Source: a virus
Taxonomy: Duplodnaviria; Caudoviricetes
IMG/VR virus record: IMGVR_UViG_3300036768_000197
Coordinates: 1 to 31,358 of that record
Length of the DNA stretch: 31,358 bases
Reading direction: 5' to 3' (one strand)
Position 1 is the stretch's first letter. Every line of letters begins with the position of its first letter. Below are positions 8,651-19,178 of the stretch, in pieces. The translations under genes and the position numbers were made by a program. The notes beneath the pieces are model-generated. The model was not told the DNA's origin. It worked only from the letters and a program-made list of their open reading frames with translations, and did not search any database.

Positions 8651-9381
8651 TGCCTACTTCCAATTCTTATGACTGGACATCATCAAGAGATTCAATAATC
8701 TCTGCTGCCTTTAGAAAAATAGGGGCATTGGGAGATTATGAAACCATTGATAGCACCAGATTGAATATAGGTATTGCGGCATTGAATCCCATGATAAAGG
8801 CATTAGCAGCACAAGGAATGCCTCTTTGGGCAATTTCTGAAAAATACATTGCAATGTCTAACTGGGCTTCAAATCCATCAGTAACCATTGGTCCAGGAGC
8901 CACGATAAATCAGGTAGATAAACCTCTAAAAATTCTACAAGCAGTTCGCAGAGACAACACTGTCTCTAGCCAACCACTGGATGTTCCGCTTGAGATCACT
9001 ACTTATGAGGATTATCAGGCACTGTCATCAAAGAAAGCTTCTGGAGCGCCGATAAAGTTATTCTATCTTCCTGGTGCATATACTGGAACAATTTCTCTAT
9101 GGCCGATGCCAGATTCTTCATGGCAGACCAATGGGCAACTGTATATCAGGTATCATCGTCAGTTTCAGGACTTCGATTCCAGCAATGATGAACCGGACTT
9201 TCCTGTTGAATGGCACGAAGCGCTTATCTATCAACTTGCATCAAGGCTTGCTCCAGAATATGGATTATCGTTGAATGAACGAATTGTTCTGAAAAAGGAA
9301 GCAGATTCTATTCTAGAAGCTGCATTATCTTTTGGAACTGAAGAAGGATCCCTTTTCATTATTCCTGCACGACGTAGGTAA
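8650..9381 (+). CDS. Head-to-tail adaptor (P22 gp4/T7 gp11-like)
   Basis: IISAAFRKIG, LWPMPD and DFPVEWHEALIYQLASRLAPEYG motifs of podovirus adaptors; lies just before the nozzle-like gene. Confidence 0.75.
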   Translation: MPTSNSYDWTSSRDSIISAAFRKIGALGDYETIDSTRLNIGIAALNPMIKALAAQGMPLWAISEKYIAMSNWASNPSVTIGPGATINQVDKPLKILQAVRRDNTVSSQPLDVPLEITTYEDYQALSSKKASGAPIKLFYLPGAYTGTISLWPMPDSSWQTNGQLYIRYHRQFQDFDSSNDEPDFPVEWHEALIYQLASRLAPEYGLSLNERIVLKKEADSILEAALSFGTEEGSLFIIPARRR

Positions 9382-9383
9382 AA

Positions 9384-11018
9384 ATGGCTTTTACTGATAC
9401 TCCAGAAGTCTCTACACATCACGTAAAAGCTCTGCCAATTATTGGCGGACAAACTGTTGCTGGAGATGTTGGGCCAGGAACAGCAGAAACATATACTCCT
9501 ATTTATCAAGGACAACGGTTCATCAATTGTTATCCTAAAAGGATAGTATTACAGAACACAGATGATAAATGGGTATTAACCAAGTGTCCAGCAATTGTAT
9601 CTCAGTCCAAATCATTTTCGTCATCTGGTTCCGATGAAATCACTGCCATCTCTTCTGATGGACAGTATATTTGCAAGGGCAAAAGGATCTATCTTAATGA
9701 TGAAGTTCCTGTTTTAGAATTTACTGGCACCGATAATTATGTTTTCAGATCAATGTTCCAGGTTACAAATCCATCCGGAACTGATCGGCTGTATGCAGGG
9801 ATTCTTAAAAACAATACAACGAATACATTACATTCTTATCAGTATAACGCTACTGCACATACAATAATAGTTTCCAGTTCTCTTTCGTTTGGAAATACTT
9901 CTACCACTGCTCCACATCAATCATTGTTTTACAATGGGAGGTTATTTTTAATAGGGAAAGACTTAAGGATCTATAATACTCCTCCGGGGCAGTATACTAC
10001 CTGGAATAGTACTGACTATATTGTCCCAGAAGCAAAGGCAGATGAGCTTATTGCTATTCTACTGTATAAAAACTATCTTGTTGCTTTTTCTACACAAAGC
10101 ATAGAGTTCTTTCAGGATGGTGCTATTGAACTTGGCTCTCCTCTTGTTCGGCAGGAAGCATATCAACAACTTTATGGCGTAAAAATAGCGAAAAATATTA
10201 CGCAGTCTGGAGATAATATTTATTTCCTGTCTTATGAAGACAGGTTTGGATACGGTATTTATAAGATAGATAACTTTATAGTAAAGCGGATTTCTAATTT
10301 TTATGTAGATTCTTTGCTCAACAATGAAAGTATTACGGGTGCTCAGCCATTCAACACAACGCTGCACATGGCAGATTTCCATGGCGATCCTGTTATGCTA
10401 TTTAACTGTGGATTCGGTGCTGCCTTATACGTAGATCAAGGATATGTAAACTCAGGTTATGTTGGAGAAACTGAGACAGTAAAAGGATTTCCTTACATTT
10501 GCTATAGCACAAAGCAAAACCAATGGTTTGATTTTGTTCCATCTGATTCAACTGGTTACTTGTGGGGAGTTGAAGTAAAATCTCCGGGGTTTATTCAATT
10601 GGCCCCAACTGCTGATAACGCACAGTGGAAAACCTATTTCGTGTCATCCTACTTGAATAACGGCACTGTCAATTTTTACTACATAGACAAGGTCTATAGT
10701 GGAAGTGCAAACACCACTGCTGAAATTGTATTCGACATTGCTGATTTTGGAGTTGGTTGGCAAAAGCATATAAAATACATAGATGTATACGGTGATTTTG
10801 GAAACAATACGGTTAACCTTGCTTGGACAGGAAAAACGGATTACTCTGGTTGGACAGTGTATTATTCAAAAACCCAACCACAGTCACTGAAGCATCAGGC
10901 GCTTCGTTGGCATAACATAGGAAGGTATCGTTATTTGGCAGTAAGGCTTAAATTCATGGGTGCTTCCAATATCATGCTTGATAAGGTTGAAGTGGCTTAT
11001 AATTTAGGAATGAGATGA
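9384..11018 (+). CDS. Tail nozzle / packaged-DNA stabilisation protein (P22 gp10/T7 gp12-like)
   Basis: 544 aa beta-propeller-like sequence with RFINCYP, YLVAFSTQSIEFF and a C-terminal LRWHNIGRYR; synteny with the adaptor gene. Confidence 0.7.
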   Translation: MAFTDTPEVSTHHVKALPIIGGQTVAGDVGPGTAETYTPIYQGQRFINCYPKRIVLQNTDDKWVLTKCPAIVSQSKSFSSSGSDEITAISSDGQYICKGKRIYLNDEVPVLEFTGTDNYVFRSMFQVTNPSGTDRLYAGILKNNTTNTLHSYQYNATAHTIIVSSSLSFGNTSTTAPHQSLFYNGRLFLIGKDLRIYNTPPGQYTTWNSTDYIVPEAKADELIAILLYKNYLVAFSTQSIEFFQDGAIELGSPLVRQEAYQQLYGVKIAKNITQSGDNIYFLSYEDRFGYGIYKIDNFIVKRISNFYVDSLLNNESITGAQPFNTTLHMADFHGDPVMLFNCGFGAALYVDQGYVNSGYVGETETVKGFPYICYSTKQNQWFDFVPSDSTGYLWGVEVKSPGFIQLAPTADNAQWKTYFVSSYLNNGTVNFYYIDKVYSGSANTTAEIVFDIADFGVGWQKHIKYIDVYGDFGNNTVNLAWTGKTDYSGWTVYYSKTQPQSLKHQALRWHNIGRYRYLAVRLKFMGASNIMLDKVEVAYNLGMR

Positions 11019-11494
11019 GAAAGCTTGTTTTGTGGAAAGGTGGCGACCCAACCAGTGCTGCAAATTTCAACTCGATAATGACTTCTTTCAAGTCAGGGAC
11101 ATTTGATCCTAATCATCTTGCAGCTAGATTCAGTAATACATCTGTATCAGACCAACGCGGTTATTATCAGCGCTTAAATGGTATCGTGTTCATACACATA
11201 GAAATTTGCCCTGATATCAATAATCCGTTTGGTGGTGGTGCCACAGTATCATTCAACTCTGGTGATGTATTGACAGCCCCATTTCCTGGTATTGCTCCTC
11301 AAACATACGCTGCTGGTAACTGGATAGGACAGGATTCACTGACCATGACAAAACTGTCAGATGGAACTAAATATACCAATATTAAAGTTAGAACCAATAA
11401 TACAACTGGAGATCCAGAAATACTGATCTCGCATACCATAGCAGCAACAGCTTCTACGTTCCTTATTGAAGGTTTCTATATAACAAAGGTTTGA
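11015..11494 (+). CDS. Hypothetical tail-associated protein
   Basis: ATGA overlap; beta-rich 159 aa in the tail cluster. Confidence 0.65.
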   Translation: MRKLVLWKGGDPTSAANFNSIMTSFKSGTFDPNHLAARFSNTSVSDQRGYYQRLNGIVFIHIEICPDINNPFGGGATVSFNSGDVLTAPFPGIAPQTYAAGNWIGQDSLTMTKLSDGTKYTNIKVRTNNTTGDPEILISHTIAATASTFLIEGFYITKV

Positions 11495-11495
11495 T

Positions 11496-13358
11496 ATGGC
11501 AATTGGTAAATATCCTTATAATACGATGATGGAGGATGAATCGACTTTATATGAGTCAAATCCCTATTCAATCAATAATGTAAGTGGAACTCCGCAGAAT
11601 ACGTACACTGCTCCATTTATAGATCCCTCTGATCCTTATGGTATTCGAGACCGTATTATTGAGAAAGAACCATTTGTTTGGGATGGTCAATATTCTGATA
11701 TAGCTTATCCTACTAATACGGATAGAGTAACTTCATCTCCAGTTCAAACCTCTGGACCTACTAATCCGCAGCCTTGGTCTCCTCAATTTCTGGATCTAAG
11801 TCAATATAATTTAGGTATTGGATCAGTTCCCTATTTCCGTGCTTCGGATATTAATTGGGGACCATATGAAAATAATCCTTCTGAGGCTATGAAAGCATGG
11901 CAAGGTTATCTGGATTCTTTATCTGATGATCTTGGTAGATTGCCAAGAGATTGGGAAGAAATTCTAAAACTAGACCCACGTTATGGAGAATATCAAGGAG
12001 AATCTGGGAATGGGCTAGAATCACCATACATAAAACCAGAATTAACCTTTAGAGGTAATCCATCAGATTATGGTGATTGGGGAACCTCTGTGTTTGGACA
12101 TCGTGCTAATTGGGATATCATTCAAGATCCAAAGGATCCCAATAAAATGCAATTTGAGATCAAAACTGGACCTAAAGAAGGTACTCTTATTCCTTATGTA
12201 AGACAGGGAGATACGTGGATTCCACAGACGCAGGGGATTGGAAAAACATCCTTTGATACAAATAATAGAGCAGGTAACTTGGCGTTAGCTTCCATAATTG
12301 CAGCTCCTTTTGCATTTGGAGCACTGGCTGCCGCAGGCGCTGGAGCAGGTGCTGCTGGTGAGATAGGGGCTGGTTTAGGAGAAGCTACTGGATTTTTAGG
12401 AGGAGGTGAAGGTTTAGGGTTAGGAGAACTTTTAGGACCAGGTGTTGCAGAGTCTTTTCCGATTTCTATGCCAGGTGCTCCAATAATGTCAGAACTACCT
12501 CCACTTGCTGGAATAGGTACTGGAGGAGCAGGAGCAGCGGCTGGAGCAATAGATCCTTGGTTTTTAGAGCCAGGTTTTGCTCCTCCAGTTAGTACTGATC
12601 CCATAATGGGATTCAATGATCCTTGGTTTACAGAGCCAGGGTTTGAGCCTCCTATCCAAGGTAGTCCAGAAATACCGGATCCATGGACAACGGAACCAGG
12701 GTTTGAACCACCAGTCACAAGTAATCCAACTACTCCTGGAGTAGAAGATATACTTCGTAGAATTGGACAAGTTGGCAATATTGCTGGAAGATTATTTGGA
12801 GGATCTGGAGGAGGAAATCAAATGGGTAACGTAGGAGGTAATGCTAATGGACTACTAGGATTGCTCTCAGCCATTTATGGTGCAAGGCAATCAAAAGAAT
12901 ATGCTGAAATGTTGCGACAGATTGCAGGACAAATGCAGGAGCAGGCCAGTCCATACATCAATAAACTGCGTGAATCCTACGAGAATCCGAATGCTTATCT
13001 TGAATCTCCTGAAATGAAGGCTGTATTAAACCTAGAAGCCAATCGCTTGGCTGGAATCGACGCATCGCAAGGGAGACTGTCGAACGATATCAATCGCACT
13101 GCAAAACTGCAACAGCTTGCACAAAGCCGTTTAGCAGATTATCGCAAAGGTTTGCAACAATCTATTGAAAAAATGTACCAACCGATGGCAGTGGCATCGT
13201 TGTTCAGAGAAGCAGCAGGCAGGCAGGCAAATGCTTGGCAAGGCATTCCTCAATTCTTCGGTTCAGGTGGTTCAGTTAGCAATGTTTGGAATGATATCAA
13301 GAATATCATAGGAACTGGAAAAGATATATGGGATGTTATTTCTGGATGGTGGGACTAA
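11496..13358 (+). CDS. Probable internal virion (ejection) protein
   Basis: Gly/Ala-rich hydrophobic segment, Pro-rich linker and helical C-terminus; first of three large genes after the nozzle. Confidence 0.6.
   Translation: MAIGKYPYNTMMEDESTLYESNPYSINNVSGTPQNTYTAPFIDPSDPYGIRDRIIEKEPFVWDGQYSDIAYPTNTDRVTSSPVQTSGPTNPQPWSPQFLDLSQYNLGIGSVPYFRASDINWGPYENNPSEAMKAWQGYLDSLSDDLGRLPRDWEEILKLDPRYGEYQGESGNGLESPYIKPELTFRGNPSDYGDWGTSVFGHRANWDIIQDPKDPNKMQFEIKTGPKEGTLIPYVRQGDTWIPQTQGIGKTSFDTNNRAGNLALASIIAAPFAFGALAAAGAGAGAAGEIGAGLGEATGFLGGGEGLGLGELLGPGVAESFPISMPGAPIMSELPPLAGIGTGGAGAAAGAIDPWFLEPGFAPPVSTDPIMGFNDPWFTEPGFEPPIQGSPEIPDPWTTEPGFEPPVTSNPTTPGVEDILRRIGQVGNIAGRLFGGSGGGNQMGNVGGNANGLLGLLSAIYGARQSKEYAEMLRQIAGQMQEQASPYINKLRESYENPNAYLESPEMKAVLNLEANRLAGIDASQGRLSNDINRTAKLQQLAQSRLADYRKGLQQSIEKMYQPMAVASLFREAAGRQANAWQGIPQFFGSGGSVSNVWNDIKNIIGTGKDIWDVISGWWD
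12552..12713 (+). repeat. Three in-frame DPWxxEPGFxPP repeats
   Basis: 36-nt units at 12552, 12618 and 12678. Confidence 0.85.
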
Positions 13359-13361
13359 TCT

Positions 13362-14336
13362 ATGGCTGACTTTACTTGGGAAGATCCCGGAATCGGTGCC
13401 TTTTTCAAAGGACAGGAACGGGCAGAAGGACGGGCAAAAACATTATCAGACCTTCAAACAGCAGAGGTAAATCGTGCTCGTATGTTACAAGATATGTACA
13501 GGAACGAGCAAATGCTACCTCTTGATATTGAGCTAAAGAAACAAGAGGCCGCTCTTAAAGGACTTATTGCCAAAAAAACAGAAGGAGATATCACAGAAGC
13601 AGAGCAAAGACGTAGAAGGGAAGCTACTGATAGCTTCTTTAATTACATGCTTAAATATAATGACCCACAAGGTGCGGTGGAATATTCTGGCGTTCCTCCT
13701 CAGTTTTCAGAGAAATTCATGTCATTGACTCCTGAACAGCGCGATGTACTAATGAAAGAATGGATCAACCGTGCCGCAGAGCCAGAACGAGTTAAAGAAG
13801 GCATCAAAACTCAAGGCAAACTTCAGGAAATCAGGGAACAAGGAAAAGAAAGGTTTGGACTAGAAGCAATGAGACAGCAAGAAATGACCAAGCGTGCTCT
13901 TGCTTTACAGGAACTTAAAAATCAAGCTGCAATGGAGCTTCAAAAACTGAAACTCTCTGTTTCAAGTATGATGTCCAAAACATACCAGCAAGAAGTTATT
14001 CGTCTAATAGAACAGGCAGAAGCACTCAAGAATTCTCCAAATAGTGGAGATCCTGAGATCGAAGCTAAACGCATTGAAATGATTAACAACTTGAGCCAGC
14101 GGGCCAACACTATCTATATGCTTGACATTCAAATGAAACAAGCCGCCGTTCAACAACAACAAGTTGGTAAACCTGATATTGGTGCGGCAACGGGAGGCCG
14201 TATTCCAACAAATCCGCAACCAACTCCAATGACACCATATGGAGGTCAAGGAGGTCTTGGACCTATTCCTCAAATTGGTAATGTTCCTGCTTTACCGGAA
14301 GGTCCGCCTCCCGGCGCTGTTCGTCCTCGTAGATAA
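13362..14336 (+). CDS. Probable internal virion (ejection) protein, coiled coil
   Basis: Helical Q/E/K-rich body with a Pro/Gly tail; synteny. Confidence 0.6.
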   Translation: MADFTWEDPGIGAFFKGQERAEGRAKTLSDLQTAEVNRARMLQDMYRNEQMLPLDIELKKQEAALKGLIAKKTEGDITEAEQRRRREATDSFFNYMLKYNDPQGAVEYSGVPPQFSEKFMSLTPEQRDVLMKEWINRAAEPERVKEGIKTQGKLQEIREQGKERFGLEAMRQQEMTKRALALQELKNQAAMELQKLKLSVSSMMSKTYQQEVIRLIEQAEALKNSPNSGDPEIEAKRIEMINNLSQRANTIYMLDIQMKQAAVQQQQVGKPDIGAATGGRIPTNPQPTPMTPYGGQGGLGPIPQIGNVPALPEGPPPGAVRPRR

Positions 14337-14339
14337 TTT

Positions 14340-17300
14340 ATGAATCAGTGGGTAGTCACAGTTGAAGGTGTTGATTATGATGTAGATGCCCCGGATGAAA
14401 TCACTGCATGGAAGTGGGCTAATCAATATCATAATTCACTGAAACAGCAGCAACCTTCTCAACCACAACAGCAACAACAGCAACCGGAGCAAGCACAGCC
14501 TTCTCCAATGGATCAGTTCAAGCAACAACTTCATCAGCAGCCCGAAGAAATGCAAGGAATGCTTGAGGCTGGCAGTACGCTTTTGAGACAAATGCCTGGC
14601 TACGTTGCGGGTGGATTGGTAGGTGCTGGTGCTGCTGTTAGTGGGCAGGGCATTGATGCTGCCGCACAACAACAAAAATATGTTCAAGAGAGCTTGAACA
14701 AGTTCTTTGGTGCAGAGCCAAAGACGGAGCGTGGTGCTGCGTACACACAAGCTCTTAGTGAAGCATTCCAGTATCCAATTGAAAGAGCAAGAGAAATTGG
14801 GAGCGCAATCGGTGGATCAGAAGGAGAACTTGCTGCCGGTATTGCAGCAGAAACACTTCTGAATTTCATGCCTCTTGGTGCAGGTAAAAAGGCACTAGAA
14901 AAGCAACTTAAAACAAAACCAGAGAATCTAGAGCCTAAAGCAAAACTGGATAAGAACGCCGAGATTCTTGAAAATCTTGATAAGGTTACACAAGAACACA
15001 CAATTACTTCAGAAGAAATTGCCATAGATAAACAAAAAGTCTATGGGCAACAGTATGGAGGAAGAAATGCTCTTGGTGTTGAATTCCCAGAACTTCGAGT
15101 AAGGGAAAGACCAGAAGAATTAAAACTTGAACTTCTTGATAAAGATAAATATCCAGTTGATGATGGAGGTGTTCGTTACCTTGATCCAGATACTGGAAAA
15201 GTAGTACAAGGTATGGCAGAGGATGTTCCAACTATAGACTTCCCATTAAGACAAGAAGTACTGAATTCTCCAGAAGTTTCTGAAAAAATTAATGAGTACA
15301 TAGCAAAAGCAGAACAATATAAAGAAAAAGGAAATACCGAAGCACTTGCCAAATTACAAAATGAATTTGCAGAATTCATGAAACTGTATGGTATGTATCC
15401 ATACCAGTTTGGCACTGAACTAAAGGGACTTTATGGTTCTGTTTATGAAGGAGATATTCCATCTCTTAAATATCCCGGTGGTATCAGAAAATCTGGAGAA
15501 ATAAACCCAACAACAACAGAAACAGAAATCCCTAAAGTAAAATGGGAACCAAACAAAATAGCTGCTTTCAAAAAGCAGATGGGTGCTATTGACCCAAAGG
15601 TTTTTGAGGAAGGATTAAAGAAACTTTCAGATCTTGTTGGTAAAGCAAAAGATTTATTTACCTTTACTGGACAAAAGGATATTACACAGCTTGAATCATA
15701 TAAGAAAATACTGCCTTATTCCAGTGTAAAAGATGCCCTTATTCCAAAGGATATTCCTGTTGAAACTGTAATCAACGAAGCTCTGAAATCAAATCCAGTT
15801 TCAGATAAAGTTGCTTTGATTGGAGGCGGAGCCATGATGGCAGAAATAAAGAAGAATCCAATCATTTCTGCCGTAGTTCAATGGGCCGACAATGCCGAGA
15901 AACGTGCTCAGTATAGTATAACAAAATATGTAGATCCAGCCGTAGAAAGTATCAAAGCAATTGGAAGATCTGAAAAAGATTTGAAGCTTCTGGTTGATAT
16001 CTTTTTGAAGGAATTCAAAGAAGGTAAACAATATGGACCAGAAGCACTTCAGAAAGCAGGAGCCAATCCAAAAGTAGTAACAGCTTACAGCAAGCTTCGG
16101 GAAGCTTTTGACAGGGCATACGAAGCAGAAAACAATGCCCTGATAGCGATGGGCAAAGAGCCATTGACACGCCTTGAAGCATACTTTGCTTCTCGATGGA
16201 ATGGCGATTGGAGAATTCCTGTTTACACAAAAGATGGGAAGCTTGTCTGGTGGATTGCTGCCCAAACACGATGGGGAGCAGAAAGGGCTTTTGAATACGT
16301 AAAGAAAAACTTTGATGATATTGATCTCAAAAGGTCAAAACTTACTTATTCAAGGTCAAAGAATCCACTTACCTCAAGTAAAGCAGAAGCAGGTTACTAT
16401 GAACTTCTGCAAGTACTGGACAGAAACGATCCTCGTGTAGAAACCCTGAAATCCATTTACGAGGATTATGTTGCTGTCACTGGCTTCAATGAATTAGCTC
16501 AGTCGAAACACTTTGAACATAAAGCCGGTGTTAGAGGATTCATTGGTGATCGTCCTTGGAGCAGGAATGATGCCATTGAGTTCCTTAAGCAGCAAGTAAA
16601 CTACATAGAAAATGCCTTTAAGTGGTCAGAAGACCAGGCTGCTGTGCAGAAAGCAAAGCAAGTCTTTTCTGATGAAAATCTTCAAGAACTCCATCAGAAT
16701 GCAATCAAAATTGCACAGGAGTACATGAAGAATCGGCTTGGGTTTGGGGAAAAGCCGATCTTTTCTGCTATTGAAGGAGAGATAGCAAAAGCTCTTGGTG
16801 TAAGTAGATCAACATTGTCAAAGATTGTTGACGTTCCTCGTCGCCTGTTTTATCTATTTACTCTGGGCTTTTTCGAGCCAGGGTTCACTGCTATATCCCT
16901 CACTCAGCCTATCAATACTATGCCGTGGCATCTAAAACTATTGAAAGAGGGATATGATTTCAATCCTATTTCTACAATCTCCAAATCAACAATGGATTCT
17001 GTAGGACTGTTCCTCGATAACTATCATAGAAAAGGAACATTCTCCTCAGAAATAGGATACCTTGCAAGTAAATATGCTGTAGATAATGGAGTAATAGACA
17101 TCACTCCCTTGTCAGATGTTGCAGAGCTTTCTCTACCTGCCGGAGTTGCTGCGGCTGAAAAACTTGCAGCACTTAACATGACATCGGTTGAGCAACTCAC
17201 CCGTGCATACACCTTTATGTCATTCGTGCATCATCTGCATGAATCAGGTAAGTTCAAAGGCATGGAAATGGAAATGTTCCAGAAGGCAGAAGAACTTACC

Positions 17301-18308
17301 AAGTTGTCAATGGCTGACTATAGGAGATCAGAGCGTGCTCCATTATTCAACAGGATGGGAATGCTAGGATCAGCATTGTCTACACTACAAACATATAAAG
17401 TAAATATTTTTAACCAGCTTTATGCCCTTGGAAAGCATGGTGTACAAACCGGTGATTATCTCCCATTGACAACAGCATTAATGCTTAACCTTACTCTGGC
17501 TGGAGCTAGAGGAGCATATGGAATTGCCACTGTTGATGCAGCATGGGAATTCATCAAGAAAATGCTGCCAACGGATCTGTGGGCAAAGGTAAAAGACTAC
17601 TCCATCAGGAATGCATTAGCAAAGCTTGCATTTGAGAATCCTGACTTGTCATGGATAACTCATGGTGCTATCTCCAAATTAACTGGTATTAACTTATCAG
17701 GAAGATTCGATACTGGATCTATAATTGATCCAACCTTTGAGGGATTATTGCCATTCATGGGAGATGTCATGCAACGTTCAGGAGATATTGCCGGAATGGT
17801 AACGAATCCTGAAGATCCAGTCAGCGTTGCTCTAGGCAAACGGGCAATGTTACCAAGAGCATTCCAGGGGCTATACGAAGCAAACTCTGATGTATTCTCT
17901 CCAAAATTACCAGAAGGCGGTGCAATGGGCACCAAATTAAGAGATCCTTTAGTGGGAGTATATCCACGCACTGAAGGAGAGAATCTCTTACGTAAATTCA
18001 ATCTTTACAGTCTGCCAGAAGGCATTGTAAGAGAACTCGATTATTACAGTTCAGCGCAAGAAAAAGAAACCAGCAAGCGAGTGGCAGAGCTTTCCGATAA
18101 AATCAAGCGCACTGCTATGCTAGGCTCTGCTGATAAACTTCCAGACCTAATTCAACAATACTATGAAATTAACGGGGATTTCCCAAAACTTGAAAAGATG
18201 ATTGGGGAAGCTGCCATTAATCGTATGACTACCAAACTGGAACGCCTTCAGATGGGTGCCAAAACACCGACTGGCGTTCGTAAATTCCTTGATTATGTGG
18301 GTAAATAA
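14340..18308 (+). CDS. Large internal virion (ejection) protein
   Basis: 1322 aa, mostly helical, with N-terminal VTVEGVDYDVDAPD and a Q-rich linker; last structural gene before the endolysin. Confidence 0.65.
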   Translation: MNQWVVTVEGVDYDVDAPDEITAWKWANQYHNSLKQQQPSQPQQQQQQPEQAQPSPMDQFKQQLHQQPEEMQGMLEAGSTLLRQMPGYVAGGLVGAGAAVSGQGIDAAAQQQKYVQESLNKFFGAEPKTERGAAYTQALSEAFQYPIERAREIGSAIGGSEGELAAGIAAETLLNFMPLGAGKKALEKQLKTKPENLEPKAKLDKNAEILENLDKVTQEHTITSEEIAIDKQKVYGQQYGGRNALGVEFPELRVRERPEELKLELLDKDKYPVDDGGVRYLDPDTGKVVQGMAEDVPTIDFPLRQEVLNSPEVSEKINEYIAKAEQYKEKGNTEALAKLQNEFAEFMKLYGMYPYQFGTELKGLYGSVYEGDIPSLKYPGGIRKSGEINPTTTETEIPKVKWEPNKIAAFKKQMGAIDPKVFEEGLKKLSDLVGKAKDLFTFTGQKDITQLESYKKILPYSSVKDALIPKDIPVETVINEALKSNPVSDKVALIGGGAMMAEIKKNPIISAVVQWADNAEKRAQYSITKYVDPAVESIKAIGRSEKDLKLLVDIFLKEFKEGKQYGPEALQKAGANPKVVTAYSKLREAFDRAYEAENNALIAMGKEPLTRLEAYFASRWNGDWRIPVYTKDGKLVWWIAAQTRWGAERAFEYVKKNFDDIDLKRSKLTYSRSKNPLTSSKAEAGYYELLQVLDRNDPRVETLKSIYEDYVAVTGFNELAQSKHFEHKAGVRGFIGDRPWSRNDAIEFLKQQVNYIENAFKWSEDQAAVQKAKQVFSDENLQELHQNAIKIAQEYMKNRLGFGEKPIFSAIEGEIAKALGVSRSTLSKIVDVPRRLFYLFTLGFFEPGFTAISLTQPINTMPWHLKLLKEGYDFNPISTISKSTMDSVGLFLDNYHRKGTFSSEIGYLASKYAVDNGVIDITPLSDVAELSLPAGVAAAEKLAALNMTSVEQLTRAYTFMSFVHHLHESGKFKGMEMEMFQKAEELTKLSMADYRRSERAPLFNRMGMLGSALSTLQTYKVNIFNQLYALGKHGVQTGDYLPLTTALMLNLTLAGARGAYGIATVDAAWEFIKKMLPTDLWAKVKDYSIRNALAKLAFENPDLSWITHGAISKLTGINLSGRFDTGSIIDPTFEGLLPFMGDVMQRSGDIAGMVTNPEDPVSVALGKRAMLPRAFQGLYEANSDVFSPKLPEGGAMGTKLRDPLVGVYPRTEGENLLRKFNLYSLPEGIVRELDYYSSAQEKETSKRVAELSDKIKRTAMLGSADKLPDLIQQYYEINGDFPKLEKMIGEAAINRMTTKLERLQMGAKTPTGVRKFLDYVGK

Positions 18309-18310
18309 AG

Positions 18311-18778
18311 ATGTTCTCAAGAATCCTTAAATTTGTGCTAGATCATGAGGGAGGTTACGTCAACCATCCAGCAGACCCAGGTGGTGCTACTAATTATGGC
18401 ATAACACAAAGAACTCTGGATGCTTATAATCAGGAAAACAATCTTCAAAAAGAAGATGTAAAAGATCTTAAGCTAGCTAAGGTAGCTAATATTTACTATG
18501 AAAAATACTGGAAACCTGAATGGGAAAAGCTTGGATTTCCTTTAGCAGCCTGCATGTTTGATACATCAGTCAATATGGGCACTAGCCGAGCTTACTCTTT
18601 TTTAGGTCAATGCGATAATAATTATGTGAAGTATTTACAGCTTAGGATTGCAGCCTATAATGCCATAGTCGAACGTCGTCCTGCCAGTAAAGTTTTCCTG
18701 AAAGGATGGATGAACCGTGTAACTGATCTACGCAGGTTTATTGATTCGGAGATGGAAATTGAAAAACAAAGAACATAA
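18311..18778 (+). CDS. Endolysin, glycoside hydrolase family 108
   Basis: HEGGYVNHPADPGGATNYGIT signature, FDTSVNMG, and C-terminal FLKGWMNR. Confidence 0.93.
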   Translation: MFSRILKFVLDHEGGYVNHPADPGGATNYGITQRTLDAYNQENNLQKEDVKDLKLAKVANIYYEKYWKPEWEKLGFPLAACMFDTSVNMGTSRAYSFLGQCDNNYVKYLQLRIAAYNAIVERRPASKVFLKGWMNRVTDLRRFIDSEMEIEKQRT

Positions 18779-18788
18779 AATATGGAAG

Positions 18789-19148
18789 ATGTCCAAGAAA
18801 AATGAAAACAAGTTCATGCAATATATTTACTACTGGCAGGAAAAACTTGGACTAAAAGAATGGAGCATAATAAAAACAGACAAAAAAATAAACGCCTTGG
18901 CTTTATGCACATTCCCAAGAGACAGATCTAGTAAGCTTTGCATGGTATCTTTGGGACAATACTGGACCATTCCAATTACAGATAAAAATCTCAATTCAGT
19001 AGCTTGCCACGAAATGCTTCATGTTCTTTTATACGATGCAATGGAGTATGCCAGAGAAAGGCCATTGGATGTAAAAGGAATCATGGAAAAGGAACATGAA
19101 ATAGTAAACACATTGGAGAACGTATTAACTGGTAATACAGAGCAGTAA
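18789..19148 (+). CDS. Small zincin-like metallopeptidase (HEXXH)
   Basis: ACHEMLHVLL with a downstream EHE. The ATG at 18789 avoids overlap with the endolysin; the ORF track starts at 18741. Confidence 0.65.
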   Translation: MSKKNENKFMQYIYYWQEKLGLKEWSIIKTDKKINALALCTFPRDRSSKLCMVSLGQYWTIPITDKNLNSVACHEMLHVLLYDAMEYARERPLDVKGIMEKEHEIVNTLENVLTGNTEQ

Positions 19149-19150
19149 AG

Positions 19151-19178
19151 AAAAGGGGGCTTTCGCCCCCTTTTTTTT
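19151..19178. terminator. Bidirectional intrinsic terminator between the convergent arms
   Basis: AAAAGGGGGC-tttc-GCCCCCTTTTTTTT, with a U tract available on both strands. Confidence 0.9.

Noticed and set aside
12552-12713. 36-nt repeats with 24-30-nt spacers resembling a mini CRISPR array
   Set aside because: The repeats are in frame, differ largely at synonymous positions and encode a peptide motif. No cas genes or leader are present.
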